DNA of 64,000 bases from Lama glama (taxonomy: Eukaryota). Positions 13,620-27,022 of the stretch are shown piece by piece. A model generated the notes under the pieces. That model was not told where the DNA came from and did not search any database. It saw nothing but the letters and a program-made list of their open reading frames with translations. The first letter of the stretch is position 1. Every line of letters begins with the position of its first letter. Location: contig CM052817.1 of the NCBI GenBank assembly GCA_028534125.1, positions 36,892,001-36,956,000 of the forward strand, read 5' to 3'. The position numbers and the translations under genes were made by a program.

Positions 13620-15712
13620 TTCAGGCAGCCATCTCCATTTCCTTTTACCTGGAAATGGGAGAGAGAGGAGTTGCCTATAATTGATGGTCTCGACATCATC
13701 CTTGCTCTCTTATCATCTGGTTTTGACCAGTGGGAAGCAGCATACCAGGAGATAAGATGGTGGGAGGAGAGAGAGGTCAGGGTATTAACCTGCCCACTCC
13801 CTCCCTGTCCTGCTGTGTTTGGGGCAATGGTTGCCAAAACCTATCAGAAACAGCCTCTCTTCCCAGAGCTCAACTTCCTCCCAGGCTTGGCAACAGTATT
13901 TCATCCTCTTGACCCTTCGGGTCTCCTAGTGGTAACTAATGGTTGCAAAAACCTTACTGCCTCACCATCAGTTGTTGAATTTTACCCATACCCATACAAT
14001 CCCTTCATTAAGTTCTCTTTAAGGGTAATATCTATTTCCTCCTTGAACACTGACTGACAGTGATTGGTACTAGGCTTGACCCTAGGAAATGGGCTCCCAA
14101 TGTAGGTTCCGGACTGGTTGCCTTCAGCCCCAGGTAATTTCCTTAACAAAAGGAAATGTACCATAGGTAAGCTGTAGCATGCAAAAGCGTTATGTTAACT
14201 CAGATTATCACCAACAGTAGCATGGGGTAGAGTACAAGCAGAGAACGAGGCTTGGACACTTACTGTTACTGCCTCAGTGATAATCACGCATCTGTGGAGG
14301 TGACAGAGCTACTTATGACTGCCTTAAAGTTTAGGGGGGATCAGAATGCCCCTATGATGTCCTTAAAGAACATCTTTGTTTCATGCAACTGTAAGAAAGA
14401 CGTAGCTAAGGATCTACCCAAGACCTGATTGTATAGGTTGTAGAGTTTACAAAAGCAGCTAACCAAGCAATCTTATCAAGTTATACCAAGGGGAAGGTCT
14501 TAGGTGGGGAAAAATGGAACTGAGAAAGTATGGGAGCATTTGGGCAGAAACAGACCCTGCTGAGAACTCTAAAACCACAAAGTTTCTCTGAATCTTCCTA
14601 GCCAACTAAAGCAGGCTTTCACTTTCTTTAAAAGAACAGACTTCCCCTGCATGAAATAATTTCAAAAACACCTATGGAGTTTTTCTTCAAGACGGGTACC
14701 TATTCTCTTCAAGATCCACCCTACATCCCATTTCTTCCAGGTCAATAGTAGATCCCAGCATAGTCTGGATAGAAGAAGGTCCGCTCCGGAAGGAGATGGC
14801 ATGGATGGAAAGAAATTATAAGGTCTTACTAATTAATTGTAGTGGCGATTCTGGAGACATGCATGGAAGTAGATTCCAAAGGTGTTAAAACAAGGAGAAT
14901 GACATGTGCAATTGATTGAACCAAATTCATCAATGGGGGTGCACATCCATGCAAATTTGGACTTAATATGCTGCTTTAACAACTTAGAAATGGCGCCAAG
15001 AGTTTACTGAATTGTTAAACAAAGCCTTGATTCAGTGGTAACTCACCCCAGCATGGCTGAGAACTTCGGGCATGCTGTAGGGAAAGGATGGCAAGGCTCA
15101 AGGATGTGAGAATATTAGAAAGACCTATTTCTTACTTTTTTTCCTATTAGAAAGTAATAATATTCTATTTGTTTAATCTGCTCACCCTAATGATACCCTC
15201 CAGAGGGACTGGTGGACCCCTCTTCCCCAAGACATTTTTTGGTGATAGCAGCCTTTGAAAACAGGTCTGGTTTGCCCCTAGAACTGGGTAGAAATTGAAT
15301 TCCTTAGCCTGGCCCAGAAAGCAATTTTGTAACCTGATCTTCCTGTCATGAACTGACATTATCTGTTCCACAAGTCATAAAGTTGGACTTGGACAACATC
15401 ATTCTATCACTACATGGAAATGGTGTATGAGACCTTGTATAAGTGAGTTCATAAAAAACAAATGAATTACATAAGCAGGTGGCTGTGTGTCTCACTAGGC
15501 ACTGATAACAAAATTCTCTCCCTTGGAGCCTTCAGACCTAAGAGTACAACAGGTCCCACATTGCTAGTCCCTGGATACCTCACTATTCTTTGGAGATTGT
15601 TAGTCCTGCCCATATCTCTGTGGGTAATCTCTTCACTACGTTTTTTTTCCCCAGTTAAACTTCTTTTGAGTAAACTAGCTGTCTGTTACCTACTGGGACC
15701 CTGACTGATTCA
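13620..15712 (+). mobile_element. Internally deleted ancient ERVL provirus with LTR33-like ends
   Basis: First LTR ends ...ctgactgaca (about 14059), followed by the internal start gtgattggtactagg. Degenerate gag-like (about 14850-15120) and pol-like (about 15400-15490) stretches follow. A second LTR-type end, gggaccctgactgattca, lies at about 15712. Confidence 0.6.
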
Positions 15713-15755
15713 CTGCACGAAATACATACCCACACATGAGCATGCAGGCGTGTGC

Positions 15756-15781
15756 GCACACACACACACACACACACACAC
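15756..15781. repeat. (CA)n microsatellite
   Basis: Direct observation. Confidence 0.95.
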
Positions 15782-15844
15782 AGTACTTCCATTATTCAGG
15801 ATTATGCCAAAAGGAGAAAAGAAGCCTGAATGAGTCAAGGGAAA

Positions 15845-16080
15845 TAGTGTGCTGTGGTGGTAAGCAAATGGTCTCTGGTGTTACATAACCTGAAATACAA
15901 TACTCAAAGTCATTATTCTTTGGTTAATGGGTAAAAGGAAAGTAAATTCCTTTCCCCTTTGAATCTCAATTTCTTAATCTGCAATAAAGAAACTAACAGT
16001 AGCTCGCTGATTCATTGTGATGATTAAATTAAAATTGTAATGACGTAAATCACCCAGAATATGGCATGATAAACGTTACT
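15845..16080 (+). mobile_element. MIR SINE (degenerate)
   Basis: tttgaatctcaatttcttaatctgcaataaag...ttgtgatgattaaatt core. Confidence 0.55.
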
Positions 16081-17619
16081 TCCTTAGTTGCAGAAGTAAA
16101 GGAGAGGATCATTTGTCCAGGAATTGAAACACTGGAAGCATCCAAACTATGGAATTTTTGTCAAAGCATTTGCTTTCTGAGTATTCATTAAAAAGAAAAT
16201 CACAGCAGTCTAATAACTGAAGAATGAGTTGCTATGGTGCATCTTGCATGGAAACAGTGAATTTCCACCAGACTGCAAAGGGCCATCCAGTGTCACAAGC
16301 CACACTGTCCTCACATCATGGTGGAAGTCACAGTGGTGGGTTCACTGATATCTTGGTGATCTGGCTGGTACAGCATGATTTGTGAGGGAGTTTGTAAAGA
16401 GCATGGCCATATTTTATATGCCTTACCAAGTCATTTTATGATCATTCTTCCTGAAGGTAAAATATCAAAACCCTGGGAATAATTAATTAAGAAGAGTTTG
16501 GGTCCTTGACACTCCAGATAAACAAATTTCTACCTGATGTGCTTTGCTACTACTGGCTGCTGATAAAATCTATACTCACCTGGAAGTGTATAAGGGATAA
16601 TTTTTCCCCTAAAAGAACCATGAATGCCCAGTGAGATAATTGTATTTTTATTTAATTTAGTTGAGCCCTGCCTTGTTACTATAAAAGGATTTGCTACAGC
16701 TTAGAAAAATACACAAATGGGAAAAATCTAAATAGATGAGCAAATCTGAGTGAAGGGGAAATAAGGATAGGAAAATAAAATAAAGTCAATGGAAAGGTTA
16801 GTACATGAAAAAAATCCAAGTCATAAATTGTCATGTACTTATTCAAGCTGGACCACAAGTACGTCTCTAAACGTTCTGGTAGCTGAAATGGAGGAGAAAC
16901 ATTATTGTTTACAGGATTCACATAGTGGAAATCAGTTTAAAATAAATCATTTCCTATGAATAAATACTTAGAACACTTTCTCTATGGACCAACATAAGGG
17001 GGAGCATAGGAGATTATGGCCTTCACAACATTATCTCAATAAATGTAAGTGTCATTTCAGATAACTATTCCATGTACTTTCTTAAGCATTCAGTAAAAGT
17101 TATTTTGTGAAGGTCAAACAGTTCATAGGATAGTAACGTTTTTACTTAGGAGGACAGTAAAAGTAGAACACTTAGAAAAAAATCATGAGTTACTTATCCA
17201 TTGTTAAGGATTAACAGAGAATTCAAGTTGAAATGCTTATGATCTAATCTAATAACTTGAAGGATAAGTATGTGATGCTGCTGAACTAAAGACAGATCCA
17301 TATGCTCCGATCATCAGTTAAATGGCAGAAGACAGGTTGAACCCAACCAAGAAAGTTAGGAGCCTAACTGAGACACGTGGCTGCCCATCCAACCTTTATA
17401 AGAGGTGAACTGGGGATTTACAGGGAAAAACAATGATTTAACATAAGAAATTTTGTAACTAAATAATTTCTATAAATATTCTGTTGCTCTTTTCCATTTA
17501 TTTCCTATTTATACTCTTTAGGGAGGTTTTGTTTTTTTTTTTTTGAGTAGAAGCTGAACTGGCCCAATAGTTTCCAAAGTATGCAGTGTTTCCTTTTTTA
17601 TTTCTGTATTTTGACATTA

Positions 17620-18750
17620 ACTGATCTCCTATTATAGGTCAAGCATTGTGTTGGGTAGTGGGGACACAGTGATGAGGAAGATGTTATTATTGCACTAAAA
17701 GCCTGGAAGGATGGACATAGATGTAAACAGCATTTAGCTTTCCTTGAAAAAGAAGTTCAGGGAATACTGCACAGAAGAAGAGATGACTAAGATGAATTTT
17801 GACAGATGAGTGAGAGCTTGCGGAGTGAAGAGGTGGAGGAAGTGTGTCTCAAGTATGGAAAATAGTCCATGGAAAAGCACAGTGAGAAACAGGGCTTCTA
17901 ACACAGAATGGAGCTGATGGAAAGGCACAAAAGTGAGACATGCACCACAAATGTGGGCAACAGCAGGCAATTTAGCAAAGAGGATGTGCAAGGACAGGAA
18001 AGGAAAGAAGAGGGACTGGAAGGCGGGGGCTTTGTAGGCTATGCAAACTGAGTCATTCAAAGGAGCTGCATAAGAAAACCACACCCTAAGACTGGGCTTT
18101 TAGTAGGACATCTCTGGCGGCAGCTGGGAGGCGAGCGCATAAGTAAGAGTTTGACCACAGCATAGTTTGAACACCTTTGCAATGGGGGTGTGACATACCA
18201 TATCACGTTTAGAATATAAAACTGGTGTGACTGTGTGATCAATAAGGTTTGACAGGGAGTGGTAAATTAAAAATGTAACTGAGAATAATCTCCAGGTTTC
18301 CAGCTTGAGCAACTGTGTGGATAATGATATTATTCAGAAAGATAAAAGACAATAGAGAAAAGCAGTTTTCAGTTATGATTTCAGATTAGGTTTATTTAGG
18401 ATTAAATACTTACGGAAATCCAAGAAATATGTAGGGTCTTGTAGGACACTGGAGAAACAGCAAGGCTGAAGAGAATTGATGGCAGTTGAAACACAGGTGT
18501 ATGGATAAGGTTGTGAAGGAAGAGTATATAGAATCAAGGACAACATGGGGGCACACCTGTATTTAAGAGGAATAAAAGCTCACAAAAGAAACCACTAAAG
18601 GTTGGTCAGGCAGGAAGAGAACTAGTTACCAAAGAGAAGGAAATATCATAAAAGAAGGAGAGGTTTGTAGCTTTAAGTGCTAGGTATAAAAATTAAAAAT
18701 AAAATGAGCCAATTGGCTTTGGAAATTAGATTTTTGGTGACCATGTTTAA
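17620..18750 (-). mobile_element. L2 fragment
   Basis: Antisense L2 tail and body: ctcctattataggtcaagcattgtgttgggtagtggggacacagtgatg...ccaggtttccagcttgagcaactg. Confidence 0.6.
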
Positions 18751-18759
18751 TAGCGTGCA

Positions 18760-20330
18760 CTCAAAATACATTTAATGTACCTACTCTGAGACACTCTCAT
18801 AGGAGCTAGACGCACAGCAATGAAGAAAACGGACAAAATCCCTTTCACCATGAAGCTAACACTCTCAACAATAAAAAGACGGGTGGTAACTGAGTAAAAC
18901 GTAAATTGGATATAACCCAGAAGATAAAAGTGTTATGGAAAAAATAAATTGGGTAAGAAAGTAGGGATGGAGATAGGAGGGCACAGAGAAGGATGGCCTG
19001 GGTAAACATCCTTGGGGAGGTGACATTTAAGCAGACACCTGAAAAAATGAGGAGGTGAGCCAAGAGGATGTCTGGGGAAGAGCATTTCAGACAGAGGACT
19101 AGCTCAGGGAAATGCTCCAAATATGCCCAACAAGTTTAAGAAGTAATGAGGCCAGCGTGGCTGGAGTCGCATGAGCGAGGAGAAAGCAATAGAGGATGAG
19201 GTCAGAGGGTCTGGGTTCTCTAAGACGTTGTGGGTGACTGTGAGGACTTTCACTTCATGCAAAATGGTGAGCCACTGGAGGCGTTTGAGAAGAGGAATAG
19301 CATGAGCTGATTCTTGACTAAAGGTTTCCTCTGGCTGCTGGGAGGAGACTAGACATGTGGGGAGGAGGCACAGGACCAAGGGCGGAAGGAAGGACGTCAG
19401 GTAGGAAGTTATTACAACTGTCCAGGTAAAAGGTGTTGGTGATCAGATCAGGTGGCAAAATTTGGCAAGGAGCAAGTGGCTTCTAGATATTTTCTCAAGC
19501 TAAAGCTAGCAGGATTTTCTGATGGCTCAGAAGAGGGTTGGAGAGAAACAGGAGCCAACATCTTTGGCCTGAGGAACTGGAGAAATGGAGATGCCGCCGG
19601 TTGATCTGGGGAGAATGTAAGTAGAACAAGTTTGGGAGCGGCAGAAGTCAGGCAGTTTAGGACATGTGACGTTTGAGATGCTGTTATATATCCTAGCAGA
19701 CATGGTGATTAGGGAGTTGGGTACACAAATACAGATCCGAGGAGAGATCTGGACTACGGGTATAAACGCAAAGGCTGTGGTCACATCCATGGTGTTTAGA
19801 GCCATAAGACAGGCTGAGCTCATCAAGGGAGGGAGTGTGGAAGTGAAAGAGAAGAGGACTAAGGACTGAGACCTGGGACCTCCAATATCAGGGACAGGGG
19901 TGAAGAAGAACCAACAGAAGCACTTAGAGAAAGTGGTCAGTGAGGTAGAGGAAAAGCCAAATGAGTGTGGTATCCTTAAAATCAAGTGAAGAAGATGTAG
20001 CAAGTGGGAGCTGGCAATCAAATCCTTGTCAAATGCTGCCATTAAGTTCAGCAGGCTGAGGAATGAGAACTGATCGTTGGATTTAATAATGCCATTGATG
20101 ACTTTGACAAGAGCTTTCAGTGTGAGAATCAGCACCCTGTTCAGGGTGAGTTTAAAAGAGAATGTTGAAATAGGAGGTTTTTGCAAAAAGAAGCAATGAT
20201 TTTTTTCCCCCAGAGTACATGGGAACAAGAGAGGTAGTTTTGTTGTTGTTAAAGACGGAAGATGGGCATAGATTGGATTGCAGTGGGTTTAAGACTGAAT
20301 GAAGTTGAAAAAAATAAAGACAAAGAAAAT
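18760..20330 (-). mobile_element. L2a-like element including a reverse transcriptase remnant
   Basis: Track ORF 19527..20228 contains ALVKVINGIIKSNDQFSFLSLLNLMAAFD, similar to the L2/CR1 RT motif ALxKVxNDL...LLDLSAAFD. The antisense L2a tail begins at about 18760. Confidence 0.85.
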
Positions 20331-20950
20331 AGTGATTGTTTCAGAAAGCTTGTCGGTAAATGAATGGGATACTAGCCAAAGGTTACCCAGGACAGAGAAA
20401 AAATTAGCTTCCTGTCTACTTAAGATGTTTTAAATTTTTAAAACATGTCTTGTGCTCATAGGAAAAAGCCAAAGAAGAGAGGAACTGGAAAAAGTATTGA
20501 AACGTAGCTCCTGAGATGGTACAAGGGGATAGAGCACAGATGGATGCTGAGCCTGGGACAAACTATGTGCAGCCCTAGAGTCGATGGAGGAGAGTAAGGA
20601 TAAAGATGGGGCAGGTGGAGATGCTTGTGGAAGTGGGGATTGAATGATGAGGGAGATTTTGCTGGCTGGTTTTTATTTTCTTTGCAGAGTAGAAGGAAAA
20701 GTCATCTAGAAGTAGAGAGAGGGAGGGCAGAGACATAGAAGGGAAAGAGATACAGAAGGCAGAAAATTCGTCATGTTTGTTACGTGCTCTCTCCTGCCTG
20801 CTGAGCACAGCTTGCTTTTCTCTATTGAAGTGCACGAACGCATACACATATGGACACAAAAATACAAATAGGCAAATTTTCTATAAATACAACTTCTCAA
20901 ATATCCCGTTAGAATTGTCACCTCCTTTACTCTTAGTCATTATATAGCAG

Positions 20951-21502
20951 ATGTAAGGCATCGGGCAGAATTCTAAGATGGCCCCAATGAACCCCACCTT
21001 CTGATAGTCATGGCCTTGTGTAATCCTCTCCCTTTGACTGTGAACCGGATCAAGAGGCCTGCTTGCAACAAACAGAATACAGCAAAAGTGACAGGAAGGT
21101 CACTTCTGGGATTAGGTTGTAAGAGATGTGACTTCCGTCTTGCTCACTCTCTCCTGCTTACTGTCTCTGATGGAAACCAACTGCCAGGTTATGAGCTGCC
21201 CCATGGAGACGCCTGCATTGCAAGGACCTGAGGGGACGTCTGGCTGACATCCAGCGAGGAGCTGAGGCCTTCAGGCAACAACCTGTGGGGGATTAAATCC
21301 TGGCAACACCCACACGAGCTTGAAGCAGACCCTCCCCTACTTGAGACTTGAGATGACTGCGGCAGGCCTTTATTCCAGCCTCTGAGAGTCCTCAAAGTCC
21401 CAGCCAAGCCAAGCCAAGGTTCTTGAACCACAGAAACTGTTAGTTTGTTATAAATCATTACATTGTGGGTGATTTGTTATTCAGCAATAGATAACTAACA
21501 CA
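20951..21502 (+). mobile_element. MaLR solo LTR (MLT1E/F-like)
   Basis: ggcagaattctaagatggccccaatga...tgtaatcctctccctttgactgtg...tttgttattcagcaatagataactaacaca. Confidence 0.85.
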
Positions 21503-24500
21503 CCCAGAAATTTTAAATTTCTGCTTCTAAAATCTACAGGCCCCTTCAAATAATTAAAAATTACCCCTGTCCCCAAGTATGTACTGTGGCAGTAACACAA
21601 TAAATACACTGTATACTGGGCAAGGTTGGGGCAGAACGTGGAAGAGAGGTCTCAAGGAAGAGTAGGGGAAAGATCAAGGTGTAAGTCAAGAATCTCAACT
21701 CCGTGGGAGCCGACACAGGATGTAAGATAACTCAGAGGAGCAAAAGAGTGAAGGAGAAAAATAGAGGGTTTTGAACAAAAGGCAGGTAGGCATATGGGAC
21801 CCAATCCTCCCCAACTTGCTAGGGACTTGATGCTTATTGAAGGAAGGGCTGAATGTGTAAACCTTGCCAGACATCAGACAAGATTTTGCAAGGCACACAC
21901 TGTTCAATTTTACAGACTGTGAAATGGGAAATTAGGATACAGAGGCAAGTCAGTTGCTCAAGATAGCTCTATGCCTTTCTAGTGGCTAGAGCATTGGATT
22001 AAGTTCCTGAAAATTGACTGCCTTTGCTCTGCTAACCCACAAGATCTTTTAGTGTGACAGTGACAATATCAATTTTTTGAACTTTGGGAGGATATATGAA
22101 GCATATGTACACATTCTGTTTGGTTATGACCCTTTTCTAACTCTTACTAGTTTTCTAGTATCAGTGCTTTAGGTAATGTTTCTTAAACAAATTAAAGTAA
22201 ATACACAGGTTCAGAGAAGTGACAAGTGCAGTGAGGCCAAACTGGGCTTGGATCAAGAACTCAACTTGGTCTAGCACGCTGTCTGTATTTATGCAAGGAA
22301 AAGGTAGACTATTTGGACTGAATCCTGACTTCATCATATTTTCAATATTTAAAGGGATGCTATTAGTATCTCCTCTGAGTGTTAACTATCTTTATGATTC
22401 AGGTTATGGTTTACAGCATTAGGCACAGGAAAAACTGCATGTCAGAAATAGAACTCATCCTCCTGGGAAGAAAATTGCCTCTTAGGTTCTTTTGAAGGTT
22501 ATAAGATTCACGATGTGCTTCTGCCTGGGAAAGGAAGCCAGTTTAGATCTGGCTGTAAGGAGATGAAGTTTCGAAATTTAAAGCAATTTACTGAGTTATT
22601 AGTCTGAGAATATAAAAACTAAATTAAAATCTTTCCTGACCCATATTCCAATTGGCCTCAAAGATCCTAGTGGACTTTCCAAGCCAGTTCAAAATGATCT
22701 ACATCCTCAAGTTAATCAATTACACTCCGCATCTTTCTCTGTATCTCCAGCTCCTCTATTTTCTTGTTTTGATTTGTTGTGCTCAGGTTTTTGATGCTTT
22801 TTTTCATCTTCTATCTAGTTATTCTCCATGTCCTACAAATTATTTTCCCCCAAATTGTGCTTATCTATTGTCCCCTTTCCACTATTCCCCCAGCATCACT
22901 GTGGAACCCTGCACCGTTACCTATGCCTGGGCCTCACTATGTAGCACAAGATGCATTATTAGGTCGGTGTGGCCCCACCCACCACCCTTTGAGAAACTTA
23001 CCTGCTTCTCCTGCCTATTCAGATTAGGCACATCCATTTTGACAATCAGATCAGATTCCACTGGGCACAGGTGATTAGTCCAAACTAGGACAAGTAAATC
23101 TTTCCCTAGGAATGACAAAAAAAAAATTCAATTTCTGTGGTGGCAGAAAACGTAGGGTCAGGCCAGGCTTCTCCCATGTGCACTAAAGACATAAAGAAAA
23201 GAGTGTGGCCGTCTTCAAAGAGGGAGAGAGAATTAGATACACAGGCAGGAGCAGAGGCAAAAGACAGACACAGAGGTCTGGTTGCCGCCACCTTCCTGGT
23301 TTATATTGTTCCTTAGGCCGGCTGCATTCTAATTCTTTGGTTTTCTTATAGTGAATTTCTGTTTTAGTCTCATCAGTAATGTGAATGGTCCTAGCTGCAA
23401 CACTGTGAGAGTCTAATTGTTCTCCCTGCTTCCTCTGTCTCCCTATTCTTTTCCACCATGTATGCCACTGACAGCTACATTGGAATTGGTACATGAAAGC
23501 TCTTAATTTTCAGATTAAGAAATTAAGATTTTTCTCACTAGTCAAAGGGAACCTATGTGCAGTTGCAGGGGAGAGATGACATGAGGGAAAAGTTAAATTT
23601 TCCAAAGCTAACTGTAGTGTAAAAATAGTTTTAAAAGTTAGTAGTGCTGACCAAGGGCTTGCATCTCTCCTACCCTCGCTTCTGTCCAAGGTTAACCCAT
23701 CCACCTGTGCTCTGAATTCCAGACTCAGGCCTCTCCAGGACCACAACAGCAAACAACACTGCCACCTGCTGGAAGTTAGAGAAGTTACAGACCTGGATTT
23801 TCCAAATACTCTTGAACTTCAGGATTTGACGCTTTCTTAAAGAATCTTGTTTTTAAAAAGAGAACTAGAAATAATCTCAACTGTGTTTAATGATAATTCT
23901 TTTAGGCCATAATTCTATTAAATTATGACTCAGACTGGAACTCTGGAAAAGCTGCAATTTAGGAATTGCTGTTTTCTATGGGTGATTTACATTTTTAATC
24001 TAGTTGGTGCCATTAAATTACCAACATTAATCAAACAGTTACAGCCTAGTTATACGTGTATTGCAATAGAAGGACGTTAGAAAGGACATATGAGTCTCCA
24101 TTCAGACTAGATGGAAGAAGACATGTAGTTAAATTAGAAGGCATCTTGCCAGAGGAAAAATTTTTTCATTGCTATTCTTGGTAATGGATGGTCTTCTGTC
24201 AAGTGAGCTTCGAGTGGATAGTCAATCTAAGGTTGATAAGTAGCAAATGATATTTGCATAAAGTTGTTCATTATTTCATTTCAAACAGTAAAAGGAAAAA
24301 AGAAGAAAAAGATGATAAATCAAAAACTGTAAAACATAAAAAATGTGTTAAATGAGAAAATTAAAAATCACTATAATTGCAACTAAGGAAAAATATGCAT
24401 GCTTCCAGAGTGGTGGCCAGGAGGTCAAGCTACATATCCACTGATGGAACTCTTCACGGTAAATCATGTTGAGCATGGTAAACACTGCATCTTCTCTATG

Positions 24501-26014
24501 GTTCCCTGGCTCTGTATCAGATTCTGAACCAAATGAACCTAATTTTGGCCAAGGTCCAAAGCATCCTGTCTCACTCTCTTGCGTAGGACCTTCCCTTGAC
24601 CTCTACCTTATGTGGACCAGATTTCAATTTGCTATTATCCCTCAGACTTGCTATGTCCCCTTTACTCCTCTCCTTAATATTTGAAAAAGCAAGAAGGTAC
24701 AGTCTACTCTCAGAAAAAAAAATTAACATTACCCCTTCAAGCACACACACAATTTCAAAAAGACAGTGAAAACAGTTCTTTACTTTGCCTCTCAAGAAAT
24801 TTGTCGACCTGTATGGTGTCCAATTCCCATGGGCATAAGCGGGTCCCTTCTCTCTGGTCTTTATTCTCTGTTTTCCTCTTTCTCCTCTCCTTTTATCCCC
24901 TCCATTATTTTAGTCTTTTCTCATCCCTTAGGGTCATTTGTCTCCTTCAAGTTTCCCCCTTAGTGGAGCTGGAACAGAGAAAGGTGGAGAGAGTAATTCA
25001 TAATCTTTAAGTCCTCAACAGGACAAGATAAAGGACAGTGTACTCTGAGGTCCATCCTCAGAGTGGAACGTCTAAAGGACAAACAAAACTTTCTTTTACT
25101 AATATTGTCACCATTTAAAAACATAGCAGTGTTTGTGCTTTCTCTACGTATGCAAACTCGTTATTTATTTCTGTAACTTGATACTGACTGTGGGGAGGTG
25201 GGGAGACGGGCGTAGGAAAGCACCCACCCCAGGAAGGAGACGAGACAGCTTTGAAGTTCCGTTTAGGTGGGGGTGGATGTGGGCCCCAAAACAATGTCCC
25301 AGGCAAACTTTCTGCACCCTGCCTTCTGCTAGTTCCCTTTTTCCCCATGGGGGGCTTCCAGACAATCTGCTGGACATACAATTCATAAAGAATGGATCGT
25401 GTTACATCAAAGGATGCTAACGGTCTCTTTCTTGTCAGTTACACAATAAGGTCTCTAACCAAACACTACATTTATATTTAGTTGCTTAAAATAATAGTCC
25501 TGATCTGTGCCAAAAAGGGAAGGCCAGGCTGTTTTGTGTGTCTGACCATGAGACCTGCAGTCTGTAGATGTTTCTTCTGCTATAATCTCTTCCATCTGTT
25601 GTTCTGTGGTACAAGGACAGGGGGAAACCATTCACAAGCTGAATAAAAATGTATTTTGACAATTCAGATGCAGATAGAAAGCCAATGAGAGTAAAACTCA
25701 GAGATACTATATTCTTACTTAACTTGGGGTGGGCAGTTTACCCGAAAGCAAAAATATACTTACAGTTTTTCTGATGACTGGTTATGCCTTAACTAGTCAC
25801 TGTGCAGGAGTTGATGAGAACTAAATGCTCCAGTCAGTCAAATGTTGGGCCTACTTATGTGCTGGCAGAGGATGTAGACAAGCCTGTGTCACTGACATAA
25901 GAATTAAGCTCACCTTACTAAATGGGGTTGGAATTTAGTGTTTTTTATTTTCCAAAATTAGACCTATGCCTGGGACCCAAGAAAGGCCAAAAGTTTGCAG
26001 AATTAACTATTACG

Positions 26015-26192
26015 TTACAGCAGGAGTTCTCAATGCTGCTAACACTTTGGAACCACCTAGAACTTTTTAAAACTACCAGTGTGAAGCTCAATCCCAGATC
26101 AACTAAATCAATTCCTCTGGGATGGGGCCTGAGCAAAGACCTTTTTAAAAATCTCCTCAGATTATGTGGACCAGGGCTGAGAACCAGTGCTG
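26015..26192. mobile_element. hAT-Charlie DNA transposon (MER5-like)
   Basis: Inverted ends caggagttctca.../...tgagaaccagtg, with the typical internal aaatcaattcctctgggatggggcc. Confidence 0.7.
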
Positions 26193-26647
26193 TTTGACAG
26201 TTTACAACGGAACAGAAGCAAGTTTACAGGCTTAATTCATTTTCATTACATTCATTCATAACATCCAGATTTACAAATTGTAATTGAACACTCAATGTCA
26301 CAACTTAAAATTCTGACTAATAATTTAAGTCTTTGATATAGAAATTTACCAAGTGGTACCTAGCAGTTTCATGAAACATTGGCATGACTTCCATTTATTC
26401 CTAAAGAATAGCTTTATATGCTGGGGCATTCTCTTCATTACCCATATTTGCAAAGGCTAAATATTCCACTCATTTTAGCAGTAAATTCACAGTCTGAAAA
26501 TTAATTTTATCTAATACTAAAGCCTACTGTAAATGCATAAAATATTCTGAGAGCACAGTTGGAGAACACATGTTTTCAATTATTAAATCAAGGAATGATA
26601 ACTCAGTATTTCTAAATTATATTTATATAGTCTCTGAAAACATACAT

Positions 26648-27022
26648 GTGTTAGGGAGGATATAGATTAAGCTGCTGTAATAAGGAGATCCCCAAATACA
26701 GTAGATTAAACAAGATGGAAGTTTATTTCTCTCTCATGAAACAACCAGGAAGAGGATACTTTTTGGTACAAGGAGGCTATTTTAATAGTTGCCAATTCCT
26801 AACCAATGGGAAGAGAGGAAAGGAAAGAGGCCAAGCACATCAGTTCTGCTCATATTCCATTGGCCAGAACTTCGCCACACATGCATGCCAGGCTGCAAGG
26901 GACACTGGGAAATGGTGTCTCCATCCGGGCAGCCATACACTCAGCTGAAAGTTGAAAATGTCTATTAATAACACAAAGGAGAGGGGAATGGCTACTGGGG
27001 ACAATTCTCAATCTCTACAACA
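26648..27022 (-). mobile_element. Old MaLR LTR (MLT1J/K-like)
   Basis: aagctgctgtaataaggagatccccaaatacagtagattaaacaagatggaagtttatttctctctcatg...attccattggccagaact. Confidence 0.7.

Noticed and set aside
19527..20228. 233-aa ORF with an RT-like motif
   Set aside because: Lies inside a decayed L2. Only part is in the RT frame and there is no intact catalytic motif, so it is a chance open frame.
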